Origin: the human T2T-CHM13v2.0 reference genome, Homo sapiens
Assembly (NCBI RefSeq): GCF_009914755.1
Contig: NC_060934.1
DNA: 64,000 bases
Reading direction: 5' to 3' (one strand)
How positions within the stretch are numbered: the stretch's first letter is position 1; each line of letters starts with the position of its first letter. The position numbers and the translations under genes were made by a program. The notes below the pieces were generated by a model. That model had not been told where the DNA came from and did no database searches. It worked only from the letters and a program-made list of their open reading frames with translations. Shown here piece by piece: positions 1 through 52,845 of this stretch.

Positions 1-269
1 ACAAGAAGAGAAGAACAAACCAGGCCCAGAGGTGAGAGGCTATGATGTATTCGAGGGTCTGAAAGTTCAACAAAGGGTTTGGCTGAAGAGTCTAGAAAAA
101 TAGATGATGAGTTAGGAAAGCTCGGAGGCCTTCAGAATGAGTTTGGGCTTGATCCTGAAGGCAATGAGAGGCATGGAAGGTTTTCAGCAGAGGAGTAATA
201 TCCATTAGGCTGGCATTTTAGAAAAACCACAGCAAAAAATGTCCTGAAAATACAATCTTCCCTCTCCAG

Positions 270-13222
<12,953 letters not shown>

Positions 13223-13256
13223 GCTCCCGGGGCGACGAGGCTGCTGCGTTCACACT

Positions 13257-13262
13257 AATAAA
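13257..13262 (+). terminator. PNLIPRP1: PNLIPRP1 polyadenylation signal AATAAA
   Basis: AATAAA 34 nt after the stop, followed by GT/T-rich sequence. Confidence 0.85.
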
Positions 13263-14106
13263 ATCCACTGGTGCATCTGTATGCTCTGGGTCTATCTCCT
13301 GCCGCGGCCGCCTCCCGGGGATACATTTGGGAATGGAACGTTTGCAAATGTCCCGAGCACGTCCCCATACCTGGGTTTCTCCCCGTTAACTTTGGGTCAC
13401 ACGGTTTCCCTGGCTCCTGTGCGTAGGTCGACTGTCTTCTCCGTGCCTGAGCTGGTGGCGATGGACTGAACTCCGGAGCCTCAGCTCAGGGATACCAGCC
13501 TTTAGCCCCGTCCCTCACTTCACAGGGAGGAAACTGAGGCCCAGAGGAGCAGGTAGCTGTTCAAACTCACTGAGTGACTCGCTGTCCCCGTCAGGTCGGA
13601 GGGCCGGGCCCCGGACCCCTATTTCAAGGACCCTCCCTGACTCACCGAGACCACCCCGAGGGATCGCGGCAGGCCCGGGAGGACCAGCCTCTCTGAGGAG
13701 GTAGATTTGAGGGTGAGGGGACCCCTCGTTGGCCCTGGCTCTTGGGGAGGTGCGCAGAGGCGGGCACAGGTGCAGGGCGCTCCCGGGCTTCCTTCCCGCT
13801 CCCCTGGGTCGAGGCGGCCTCGCGGCCACCTAAGCACAGAGCGGCGCGGAGGCGGGGCCCAGGGCGGGCCCTGCTGAAACGGGCTTTTCCGTCAGCCAAT
13901 CGGCTGGGGCCCCGAGGAGCCTCCTCCCCCCCCACCCGCCAGTCTGGCGTCCCCATGGGCCCAACCCATAGAGACCTGGGAGGAGCGGGCGTTCTTTCAG
14001 GAGGCGTTTCTGCCCCGCGGTGTCCCAAGTCACCACTCCCCCCAGGGAGTCTCTCTGTGGTTCACCAAGCCCCGCATCCTACCCCGGCAGTCCTGGTGCC
14101 AACTTC

Positions 14107-14415
14107 TTTTTCTCTTTTTTCTTTTTTTTTTGAGACGGAGTTTCGCTCTGTCGCCCAGGCTGGAGTGCAGTGGCGCGATTCTCGGCTCCCTCCAAGCTCC
14201 GCCTCCCGGGTCCACGCCATTCTCCTGCCTCAGCCTCCCGAGTAGCTGGGACTACAGGCGCCCGCCACCACTCCCGGCTAAGTTTTTTTGTATTTTTAGT
14301 AGAGACGGGGTTTCACCGCGTTAGCTAGGATGGTCTCGATCTCTTGACTTCGTGATCCGCATGCCTCGGCCTCCCAAAGTGCTGGGATTACAGGCGTGAG
14401 CCACCGCGCCCGGCC
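14107..14415 (-). mobile_element. AluY, CpG-rich
   Basis: Reverse Alu with AluY-type cacgccattctcc and gttagc...ggatgg. Confidence 0.93.
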
Positions 14416-16091
14416 ACCGACTTCTGTTTCTAACCTGCGTGGCCACGTCAAGCTATCATTGAACTTAAGACTTGAATGCGAGTGGGCTTCGATTATCCCT
14501 CCAAAGCAGGGTCGTGGCGAGGATCAAAGGAGCGACCTTAGGAGGGGCCTTACAGGACAGGGTGCAAGGCGAGTGCTCGGTAAACCGCGGTGATGACGAG
14601 GGTGATAAAGACGGCGGCGGCCAGGGACACCCACCCCTTGGGTGGTGGCACCAAGTGGGAGACAGCCAAACCCTCTGGTTCTCTGTCAGTTTCAGCAGCA
14701 TCCGCAGTGAGCCCACACCCCAGGCAAAGAACTCAATCAATGGAACGTAGATTCGCCAAACATTTATCAAATACCAGCTCTGTACCCACCCCTGTGCCAG
14801 GCATTGGCAGGAGAGGAAATCAGAAGACATGCTGCCCTCAGGCAGTGCTTGGTGTTAGGGAGGCTGCCCCTGAAAAAGCACTGTGATGCTGCCTACTAGG
14901 TACAAAAAGCAAGGTAGGTCCCAGGCCAGGGAATTTCAGAAGGAAGGAGCAAGACAAGAAGGCTCCACAGAGATGGTGGTTACAGGACCAGGCTTGAAGG
15001 AAGATGTCCTACCAAGACCGCAGCCTGGGAGGCCAGCTAGGAGGAGGCGGCATCTGCCAATACCCAGAATTGATAAGGACCATCTGAGGGTAGTGACTGG
15101 AACCAAGGTATAAGGGAGGGGGTGTGGCTGGTTGGCCATGGGTGAGAGCCCTACTCCCTGGTCAAGGACAGTCTGTCTCACCATGCTTCCCAGACTGACA
15201 GCTATGGGTGTGATGACTTGGGAAAAACAATTTTAAAATAGGAAGGAAACTGAGAAGAGAGAAACTGGAGAGAGGAAGCCAGCTGGGGAAGCTCCCCAGG
15301 GCTGTTGGCCACATCCATAAGCACTCGGCCAAAGCACTGCTCTGAACCTTGGAGTGACCTGTGGTGACCTGGGTCCCAGTTGCAGAGGCAGAGATGGTTG
15401 GATCTCCAGGGGCAGGGGAGGCAGCAGATGGAGACCTGAGCTGGAACGGGGCCAGGCCCCTACTCACTCCTCCCACATTCCCTTCCTGGAACCTATGTCC
15501 TTTTATCAGTTATGCAGCTGGAAAAATCCCCAGGAAGGTAAAGAACAGCAGGTTCCAAGATCACCGTGTGAACTTTGACTACTGATCAGTGTGGGTATCT
15601 ACGGTCCACTTTCTGATGCCACTGGGGAGTCCAAGCTCAGCCCCACAGATCCGTAGCCCTTACACCCTGACTTGAGGAGATGTGGAGTCCAGGACTCTCT
15701 GGGGTAGGCCTGCCCTGTCTTTATGGCCCTGACCAAATCTGATCAGGTTTCTAGATTTAAGGGGTTGTATGAGGCCAGCTTGATTGGACTTTTCTATTTG
15801 TGTTTTAAGTAACAAAAGTGGCACATTGTTCAGAATGCACATGGATAGAGTCTTTGGGGCAATGAAAATATGCCATACTAACATTGACTTTATTAACATA
15901 AAGCTCAGATGGACATCCAGTCTTGTTGGAAGCAATGAAAAAGGGCACTGAGCTAGCATTTAGGATTCTAGTCAAGCCAGGTGACCCTGGACAAGGGGTT
16001 TCCACCTCTCTGGACCATAGCTTTCTCATGGGTAAAATGAATGCAACATTTGAGCCCTGTCTTTCTCATGTTGTCTTAAGGGTCTAACTTA

Positions 16092-16330
16092 CAGGGATGT
16101 CCAACCGTTTGGCTTCCCTGGGCCACATTGGAAGGACTGTCTTGGGCCACACATAAAATACACTAACGACAGCTGATGAGCTAAAAATAAATAAATAAAT
16201 AAAAATAAAAGTTTAAAAACTTGCAAAAAATCTCATAATGTTTTAAGAAAGTTTACGAATTTGTGTTGGGCTGCATTCAAAGCCAATATGGGCTGCATGC
16301 AGCCCGTGGGCCGTGGGTTGTACAAGCTTG
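16092..16330. mobile_element. MER30 (hAT-Charlie)
   Basis: caggg.tgtccaa...ggcttccctgggccacattgg...caagcttg. Confidence 0.8.
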
Positions 16331-16967
16331 GATCAGCATCACCATGGGAACGTAAGGCTCTAGCCTTAAGTCAGTGTGCTATAAGGCGAGCAAGGCCATC
16401 TAAGGAGTGTGGTCACAGTCTGGCTGCACACCCCAAAGTTACCCGAAGGCTGTAGGCATGCAGAGCTTTGGGGTCCCTGCTAGGTAGCAATGCTTGTTAA
16501 GGTTGGCTCCAAGCCCCCCAATCCACACCCTGCACACAACTCCAAGGTGCACGAAGCCAAAACACAATCAAGACATGCCACTTGTTCTCCATCCTGGCTG
16601 CAAACCAGAGTCACCTGGGAGTTAAAAAAAAAAAAAAAAAAGAAAGGAACAGAGAAATCCCAGGCCCCACTCCAACCAATTAAAGGGTAATCATAAGCCA
16701 CAGGCCGCTTTAAAAAGCCCACAGGTGATTCCCATGTGCAGCTAGGTGAGAGTCCGCCCTGATATAGGAGTATTTAACTCCCAGGACTCCTGGGCAGGCT
16801 GTCTCTGAGAAATTACTATGTGTTTCCATTTTGATGATAATCTATTTTTACCAGTTATAAAAATAAATCTTCCTTTTTGTTGTGATAATTTGTAGCAGAA
16901 CTTTTGTTTCCTGAGCTGAGGCTTAATAGAATGAAGTCAATAGGAATATTCCAGGGGGTCGTGAAAG

Positions 16968-17616
<649 letters not shown>

Positions 17617-17970
17617 TGAAAAATCTTGGAGAGTATGATCTGGAACTGAAAATGTGGAACAGATGTCCAATGTCACAGGCTTTGCGAGCAGAGAGAGTTT
17701 GACCTGGGACCTGAAATGAAGGTGGAAACGTGCTGGCAAGGAGCCCCAGGCAATGGAGGAGAAATGAAGCTGGGAGACCTGGGAGTTGGGGTGGAGATGT
17801 GGAAACATTCCTGGCATGGGGAACCCCAGGGGCAAAAGCTCAGAAGAGGGGAAAAGCAGGTTCAGAACTGTGAGTGTTGACTGTTTGTGTCCTTCTATGT
17901 AGGCAGTTATCAGCTGGGAAGGCATCAAGGGTGTTGGCAGAAATTAGGCTGGGCAGAGGTCATATGGGAG

Positions 17971-18400
17971 CTGTTAGTTTGCTGGGGCTGCCATAACAAA
18001 GAACCACAAGCTGAGGGGCTTAAATAATAGAAATGCATTGTCTCCCCCCAGTTCTGGAGGCTGGAAGTCCAAGATGAAGGTGTAGGCAGAGTTAGTTCCT
18101 TCTGAGGGCTATGAGGGAGAATCTGTTCCAGGCTTCTTCCACAGCTTCTGATGGTTTGCTGGCCACTCGTTGGCAATCTCTGCCTTCATGTTCACAGGAT
18201 GTATGTGTCTCTGTGTTCAAATTTCCCCTTTATATAAGAATGTCAATCATATTGACTTAGGGCTTACCCTAATGACCCCATTTTAACTTTATTAGCACTG
18301 TAAAGATCCTATCTCCTAATAAGGTCATGTTCTGAAGTACTGGGGGTTAGGATTCTAACATATCTTTTTGTGGGGCCTGTATTCAACCCATATCAATGTC
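17971..18400 (-). mobile_element. MLT1-family MaLR solo LTR
   Basis: tgttagtttgctggggctgccataacaaa...cagttctggaggctggaagtccaagat. Confidence 0.8.
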
Positions 18401-18404
18401 CATC

Positions 18405-18800
18405 TGCTATGGTTTAAAAGTTTGTGTCCCTCCAAAATTCACGTCAAAACTTAATCCCCATTGTGACAGTATTAAGAGGTAGGGCCTTTTGGGAAATGAT
18501 TAAATCATGAAGGCTCCACCTTTGTGAATGTCCTTATAAAAGAGGCTCCAGAGAGCTGCCTGGTCCTTCCATCTCATCTGCCATGAGTTCATCCTTTGTT
18601 GTCCCCTTTTACCATATGAGGATACAGCAAGAAGGCAGCATTTTGGAAGCTGAGAGCATCCCACATCTGACACTGAATCTGCTGGTGCCTTGATCTTGGA
18701 CTTCCCAGCCTCCAGAACTGTGAGAAATAAATTTCTGTTCTTTATAAAATACCCTAGTCTTGGGTTTTTTATTATAGCAGCACAAACGGACTAAAATATC
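18405..18800 (+). mobile_element. MST-family MaLR solo LTR
   Basis: tgctatggttt...gtgtccctccaaaattc...cagcctccagaactgtgagaaataaa...ttatagcagcacaaacggactaa. Confidence 0.8.
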
Positions 18801-19043
18801 ACCCTTGCATACCTAGCTTTGGTGCTTGGACGCCACCTAAATTCTTACCCCTCTCCACAGAGTTATTCTCTTTAAATAAAGCCCAAATTACATGATAGCT
18901 CTCCTCACCTGCCTTTTCTTCTTAGTGCTTTTGATCATTTGTAATTATGTATGTATTTATAGGTAACCATTGCCTGTGCCCCATGGGACCATCAGTCCAT
19001 GAAGGCAGGGAAGGATGATGTTTTGCTCACTGTTGTGCCTTCA

Positions 19044-19560
<517 letters not shown>

Positions 19561-21446
19561 AGTGTTAAGGGGAGGGACAAATAGGTTTCAACAGGCCTCA
19601 AGGACAAGCAAAGGAGGACCCAAACCACCCCCATCCCCTGGGCAGCAGCTGTGCCAGCTGGCAGGGCTCACTCAGGCCCTGACCCTCCTACCTGCCAACC
19701 ATGTGGTCAGCAAATGAGTTTTCCCACAGGTGCTGACCTTCGCTTCCTTCCCACAGTAGACAGCTGGCACCTTGGGCCTTCTTGGTGCCATGGGCAGGCA
19801 AGTGGGAGTAAATGAGTGCTACTGGGTGGCAGCCTAGGGGGCCCAGCTGCCTGCCTTGGGCCACCCTGCAGAAGAGACCAGGCAGGCTTGGGACTGCTTA
19901 GGAGCACCCAGTGTGTCTCTTCTCAACTACTGGTGACTGTGGCAGGGGTACCCAGCCCTCTTTGGAGAGCAGCTTGGTGCAAAGACAATGTTCCTTGATA
20001 AGCCTAGATTCCATCTGTTTCACAGATTAACAAACTGACCTGCAGGAGGAGAGACAATAGCACCATAGTAGGAGAAGAAGCCCAGAGGTCAAGTCCCTCC
20101 TCTTCCATTCACCCTCACACTAAGCCCTTTAACCTTTCTGGGCCTCTGTTGTCTCAGCTGTAAAATGGGAATTAAATAAGACTCTCTATTTCTTGAATGT
20201 TTTACAACTCTAAGAGCTTGGATTTGATCACTGCCATTTATCTGAGGTCAGCTTCTAAACCACCACCACCTGATTCCTTTCCCGTTCTTAGCTCTCTCCC
20301 ATGGCCCTTAACATCTGCCCTTGGGACTATATGCCCCAGATGTGTTTGCTCAGTTTACTCCTCATTACCTTGGACATTGTTACCTCTTGGGTGATTTCTT
20401 ATCCCCTTTAGAAAGGGTTTAAGTGATGTGCTCCTTCAGGGTGACTGTTGCTTGAATAGAAAAGCAACATCCTTTCTCTAGGTTGCAGTTTCCAAAATTT
20501 CTGGTGGGGTCCCAGATTTGAAAACAACCTTGGAAGAAGATCACCTAAGTCAACCCTTACATGCTGCTTGACTTCTGCCAACCTCTGCTCATGTCGTAAT
20601 GTCATTCAAGTGGGGCAGAGAGCTCATTCCCCCACCGACAAAACTCCATTCTATTTTCCAACGAGTCTAAGCTCTGGAAAGTTTTTCTTTACACTGTGCA
20701 AATCTGCCTCAGTGAGTCCTTCCAGAGCAGGGGTGACTGTGATCTGACTTGGCACTCAGAACAGAGTCTGAATAAAGCAGACCAGGAAATAACAATAATT
20801 GCTTCTTGCCTAAAGGAACTGCAACCTCCTCTTTTTTTTTCTAGCTCCGCTTTCTGGGGTGGATGTTGACCAGATGATATGCCACTGGCCACTCAGTGAG
20901 AAGTTTTCTTTGACTATTCATGGCTAGAGCCAGGTGAGGATGATGATGGGACCCACAGGTTATCTGAAAGTGCCTTAGCTAAACCACACCAAAGGTTATG
21001 AGCAAGCCACAGAATGGGTTGGCTACTGCATGGGTGGCTAAACCAAAAATCAAAGAACTACACAATCCAAAACCCTCTGTCTTTCCTAAGAAAGACAGAA
21101 ATCCTCGTTAGGAATATAGAGTCAGGAAAGGAAGGTGCCTAGCTAATCCCTTAAAATGGACCACAGGCCTCTGTACAACTGCAGTCATTCTCTCTCCGGG
21201 GGAGTCCAGTGCCCAGTTGCACCTGTCAGAGCCTGGAAAAGAAATACTCCAACCTCTTCCTTCCACCATCCCACCTGCTGATACCTCCCATTGGCTAAAC
21301 CCAATCAGAGGGCCAAGGGTCAAGTAGCCCAGGGAGGAAGCCCATAGAGGCAGCCTCAGGGCACCGAGCAGAGAGTAAGAAGAAGGGGGACTACATCTGG
21401 GGACACAAATAGGATCAGCTCATCACCAACCTAATGAATCATTAAC

Positions 21447-21606
21447 TTTTTTTGTTGTTGTTGTGTTTTGTTTTGTTGTTGTTGTTGTTGTTTTAGAGAC
21501 AGGGTCTCCCTATGTTGCCCAGGTTGGACTTAACTCTTGGGTTCAAGTGATCCTCCTGCCTCCTTAGCCTCCTGAGTAGCTGGGACTACAGGCACCACAT
21601 CTGGGT
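21447..21606 (-). mobile_element. FLAM / Alu monomer with (TTG)n tail
   Basis: Single arm; TSD aatga(a/g)tcattaact on both sides. Confidence 0.8.
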
Positions 21607-22284
21607 AAAATGAGTCATTAACTCTTAATTCCCCATGTTCACATCTGGCAAGTATTTACTGATTACTTACTATCTGGCAGGTGCTGTGCTAGGCTGTCAC
21701 AACATAGCAGTGACTACACAGAACTTGACCCTTTTGTCAAGACAAGACCTAAACAAATTGTCATGGAAATGTCGTTATCAATTGGGATACTTTCTATGAA
21801 AGCAAAGATAAGGAACATGACAAGAGATGTTAAGGAAGGTCTGGTTTCAATTTGAGGATTGAAAAAGGCTTCTTTGTAGGCTGAACCCTGAGGTATGACT
21901 TTGATTTAGGCAGGGAAAGGGGAGAGTGTCAGGAAGAGGAAATAGAATGTGAAAAGACCCTGAGACAAGCACTTTCAAGAGACCACCTGGAGTTTAGTGA
22001 GCAAGGGAGAGACACAGGTGAGGCCAGGGATGGAGAGAAGGTCCAGAGAACACCACACTCTAAAGGCCACGGTAAGGAGTTTGGATGTTTTCCCAAAAGC
22101 TACCGGCACCCACTGGTCCCATGTCATGGGCCTTGGGCTTCATTCAGCCTCATGTTGTCATTCCAGGCTCCTCAGTGGGGTCACTTATGCACATCAGTGT
22201 TGAGCCTTAGACCTAACCTCCTCTCTCAGCTGCCGAACACCTCCAGGGGCAGTGGGTGGTGACGTCAGGCTTTGGATTTGCTGA

Positions 22285-22642
<358 letters not shown>

Positions 22643-22859
22643 AGAAACCTTGACTTTTCTTAAGCCCATTGAGATAAGAAAGTTCATTCTTGGCTTCCCT
22701 CAGCTCCACACTCTTCCAGCCTCAGAATTCTCAGAAGAGAGTTTCAAAAAAAAAAAAAAAAAAGCTATTTTTCTACACATGAAACCCTCAGGAAATTGCT
22801 GGCAACCTCGTGCTTCTGGGATTGATCAAAGGCCAGGGGTGGAATGGGAAGCAGCTAGA

Positions 22860-23350
22860 GCTCCCATCCAGCTGCTGGTGGGAATTACGCTGGTGCGACC
22901 ACTTTGGGAAGCCGTCTGGCAGCATCTCCTCAAGCTGAACACACTCCAGGACCCTCACAATACTCCTGGGCATAAACCCAGGAGAAATGAGTGCATATGT
23001 CTACCAAAAGACCTGCACTAGACTAGAATGTCCTTAGCAGTAGTGTTCATAATAGCCCCAAACTGGAGAATTCAGATGTCCACCAACAGCAGAATGGATA
23101 AACAAATTGTGCTGTATTCTTACAGAACTATATCAATACCATACAGCAATAAAAAATAATTACTGATACACGTAACAATGTGAACGAATCTCAAAAATGT
23201 CTTGAGGGGGAGAAAAGCAAGACGCTAAAGAGTACATACTGTATTATTACATTTATATGACATTCTAGAGCAGACAAAACGAACCTATGATGATGGAAAT
23301 CAGAGTATTGTTACAAGGGTGGTGATGGTGGTAGAAAGATCTGGCTGCTG
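22860..23350 (+). mobile_element. Old L1M 3' fragment
   Basis: ctcctgggcataaacccaggagaaatg...aatagccccaaactgga...atggataaacaaattgtg. Confidence 0.75.
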
Positions 23351-23356
23351 GAAATG

Positions 23357-24500
<1,144 letters not shown>

Positions 24501-24879
24501 CTCATTTTATTCTTTGGAGCTTCGTCTGTGAGGTTGCCTTCATTTTTGTCCTCTGTCTAGACTCTCTAATAGGGAAGGTAGCCCTCCACCTACCCCACCC
24601 CCAAAGTAAGTAAGGTGTCTGTCTTCAAAAACAGTCAGTTCCACTGAGCAACAAGTCTCCTGACTTCCTAGGCCCGCACAATCTGTCAAGAGCAACAGGA
24701 CGACACGATGGGTTTGGGGGATCATGTGTCCAAAGGGATTTTGTTCCAGAGATGCTATGCGCGGCATGATGTTTCCCTGTTACCACTTTGGGAACACAAT
24801 CTCTTGGCAACTAAACCTGTAAACTCAGATTAACAGAGCTCTTTCCCTTCCCAAAGTTGGTTTTCCTTTCCTTGAATCT

Positions 24880-25050
24880 TACTTAATAAACATTGCTGCT
24901 CCCAGGGTTGAGTTGGTTTTATGTGTTTACGATAAGTTAGGTTCAAAGCGCCCACGTGCAGTGCCTTATCTATCCTGCCCCGGCCTTTCCTCTAAGGAGT
25001 CCAAAGGATAAAGCCTGGTTATAAAAGGCCACAGCCAACCTGCTGGGCTG
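24880..25050 (+). promoter_or_regulatory. PNLIPRP2: PNLIPRP2 proximal promoter, TATA box TATAAAA at 25020-25026
   Basis: TATA ~50 nt upstream of the exon-1 donor; nearby TGTTTAC (FOX), GATAAG and CTTATC (GATA), CACGTG E-box. Confidence 0.8.
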
Positions 25051-25075
25051 TGAGTGGAAGCTCTGGTGCAGCATG
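25050..25075 (+). other. PNLIPRP2: PNLIPRP2 exon 1 (short 5'UTR ending in ATG 25073-25075); TSS approximate
   Basis: GCAGCATG|gtaagt consensus donor downstream of the TATA box. Confidence 0.75.
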
Positions 25076-25401
25076 GTAAGTCAGGGCCCCATGTGGGCAG
25101 GGGATTTGGCAGGGCGGGGGCAGCCCAGGCTACAAGAGGGACGTGGCCCAGAGGCGGGGAAGCCACCACAGTGGAGCCCCTGAGTCCAGGGTCCTAGTGT
25201 GCTGCTGTCTAACTCCTGTGCACTGGGAGGACTCAGCCTCAGGGTCCCCACCTCAAGGGAGAGCCCTGTGGGGCCCGGGTTGCGGGGCGTCTGTTCTACT
25301 CACTGTCCTTGTGACCCGGGCTCCTGACCCAGCTGGGTCCTGCCCCTGCCAGCCTCACTGTGCGCATGGGTCTGTGTGTGTCTGTGTTTCCATCCATGTA
25401 G

Positions 25402-49410
<24,009 letters not shown>

Positions 49411-49433
49411 AAACGTGGTGCGGCTATTGCGGT

Positions 49434-49439
49434 AATAAA
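49434..49439 (+). terminator. PNLIPRP2: PNLIPRP2 polyadenylation signal AATAAA
   Basis: AATAAA 23 nt after the stop, GT-rich downstream. Confidence 0.85.
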
Positions 49440-49879
49440 ATCTTTAATGCACTCGGTTTGAGGGTGAGCTGTTAGTTTGACATTCTCTACTTTCTGGGTT
49501 CGCATTTCAGAAATGATTTGGGGGATTGGAGCCAAGTTTGCCACAGGTGATGCCTGGAACTTCTCACCCACTTACCTCTGCCACCATCTCTCTCTTTCCA
49601 GGCACTTTAGGTGGCCCATTCCAGCGGATTTTATTTCCTTAGACAATGAACTTCTGTCCTATTTGTAAAGGTCATTGTTGCTCTCGCTTGCTGCCCAACC
49701 AGCTTTTAACATCCTAGGGACACAAGGTAGACACCACATAAGCATTCAGAAAATACAAAGAGAAGAAAAGCAAAAAAGGAGAATGAAACAAAAATCCCGA
49801 GATATTGCCGCATTTTGTGGCAGGTGTAACTCCAAACTCTGATGATTTTGATTAAAATCCACCTGCGGCATGGAGACAG

Positions 49880-50770
49880 CGGGGCTTTTTTTAAAAAAAA
49901 AAAAAAAGTTAATGCATGCACATGTTACAAAATTCAAATGATACAGAAAAGTATTCTTATGAAAGGAGAATCTCTTTCCCCCTTGCCTTCAAGTCTCTCA
50001 GTTCTTCTTCCTAGAGACAACCTGGGTTTTTTCAAGAAATAGTCCATATATCCTTATGGATATATCTATTTTACACACTCAACCCTGCCACACCCTTTTT
50101 GTCTAAGCACAGATGATAGAATACTGTACACACTGTTCCACATCTTGCATTTTTCACTAACAATAAGTTGCATATTCGTCTCTAATGGTACAGGAAGAGT
50201 TTCTCCATTCTTCATATAGCTTCATAGATTCCACTGAGAGATGTACATGGTATGTATGGTTGGACTATTTTCTATTATAAATATTCATGCAATTAATATC
50301 CTTTCATGATATATTCTACATTATATAGCTGATCAATAAATATTTGGAATATGTTTATTTTGACCAATATTGCCAAATTGCTCTCTATAGCGATTGTATC
50401 AATTTATTCAACGAACAACATAGTAGGTTGAACCATAGGCAATTACAGTTTTAAAGGCCAGAAAAGCCAAATGTTGACAATTTCATGTGATTCATTCTAA
50501 TATGAGAGCGTTTCACACTCTTACCAACATGGGTATTGTCAAATCTTTTGCCAATTTGATAGGTGAAAGTGTGTTTCCTTACATTGTAATTTGCTTTATT
50601 TTATTATGAGTGAGGTTTCAGTATTTAATGGGCTCTTGGTATTTCTTCCTCTGTGAATTATCCAAATTCTTTGCCAATTTTAGGCATCTTTTTAATACAG
50701 TTTTCACTTTAAACAGCTCTTTAATATTAGGAAAACTGGAATATTCCATCATATGCGAATATTTTGCTCA
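49880..50770 (-). mobile_element. Old L1ME-type fragment
   Basis: Diverged L1 3' motifs (tgccaaattgctct..., tttgccaatttgataggtgaaa). Confidence 0.6.
50423..50500. mobile_element. MADE2-like mariner MITE nested in the L1ME fragment
   Basis: taggttgaaccata...aatttcatgtgattcattctaa, flanked by TA on both sides. Confidence 0.72.
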
Positions 50771-51528
50771 ATCTATCCTCTACCCAGGGAGGAAAAAGAA
50801 CGGCAGCAGGAGGGCCTGGGGCAGCTGCTCACAGGGCCTGTACCTGTCTGCCCTGTGCGCAGCTCATACTTAAAGGGTTCTGCAGGTCCCCATCACCCCA
50901 GTGGCTTCCCGGAGGGCTCCAACCACCTGAACTCACACTGGTCAGAGGCAGATGAGGCAGCCAGGCCTGGGTTTTCATATCTCCTTCCTGAGCCTGATAC
51001 TGGCCACCAGCCTGTGTGGTCTTTTTTTTGAGGCTATGCCCAGATTTGGGGGGGCCAAGGACCTCCTCAACAAAGCTGCTGGGGCCCGTGTGGAGCGCAG
51101 CCGTGGAAGCCTGGCCTCCTGACCATGCACCACTTCCCATTTGCCCCCAGCAGAACTGCCTGGGGACCCCAGAGAGTAAATGGGCTGGTGCCAGGTAGAG
51201 GGTGTTGCTTTCAGGGCCTGGGGGTTGTACTGTAGGTGCACCCGTTGCGCCAGGGTGGGGTTATTCACTGTTCAATTCTTAGAATCCTGAAATGGCTTCA
51301 TCTAGCAGATTGAGAAAATGGCATCATGACAGCAGTGGCTGTTGCTTCAGGAGAATTGCACGTAATTCTTCCTTCCACTGAGATTTGGAGAATAGGGGTA
51401 AAGGAGCTCTCTCTTCCCTTTAAGGGGAGGCCTCTAATGCAAACAGAACTGAAGTCCTTGAGTTCAATGTCTTGGGATTTTTTTGTTTCCTTCGTCCTTT
51501 TTGCTTTTATTTTCTTTGTATTTTCTAA

Positions 51529-51873
<345 letters not shown>

Positions 51874-52554
51874 TAAAATCTTAGCCTGGTGCAATGAAAT
51901 AGGTCCTTGTCTGAGACCAACCAGATGTTTTAGATCTCAATAAAACTACAAACTGTAGAAGTTATCAGCCCTGGCCGTGTATTAGAATTACTGTGGAGCT
52001 TTAAAAGAAACCTGTAATCCCAGCTACTCAGGAGGCTGAGACGAGAGGATCACCTGAAGCCAGGAATTTGAGACCAGCCTGGGCAACAGAGTGAGGCCCC
52101 ATCTCTTCAAAAGAAAGAAAGAAAACAAAAGCAAAAGACAATCCCATGTCCAGGATATATCCTAGACCAACCACAATTTTGGGGTGGGTCACCGGTATTC
52201 TTAAAGCTCCCTGGACGATTTACAGCCACAGTTCAGAACCACCAGGTATGATCCCATCTAAGAGGTGGTAATGACACTTTCTATCTTTACTCATATAAAT
52301 CCCCATAGTGTGATATAGGGCCTAATTGCTCAGCTCTGCAGTAAAGCTGAGCTGGCCTTGCATTCATTGCAGCTTCATTTCCTTCTACCTGGACTCCCTG
52401 GGCTGGCTGCTTAACTTCTCTGACCTCAACACTTACTGGAGAATAATAGTAGCCCTGCCATACAGGGTGGCTAGTAGAATTACAAAAGATAAGAAACGCA
52501 AAGCACTTAGGACAGTGCTTGGCACATAATAAACTGTCATTAAATGAGGAAGGT

Positions 52555-52845
<291 letters not shown>

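Noticed and set aside
13515-14245. 104-167 aa Arg/Pro/Gly-rich ORFs on both strands
   Set aside because: Expected in stop-poor CpG-island DNA; non-ATG starts, one runs into an Alu, no recognisable domain
16720-16750. CAGGTG-attccca as a PTF1 site
   Set aside because: Matches the common MER5-type end (caggtgattc...tgtgcagc) and the E-box/TC-box spacing is wrong
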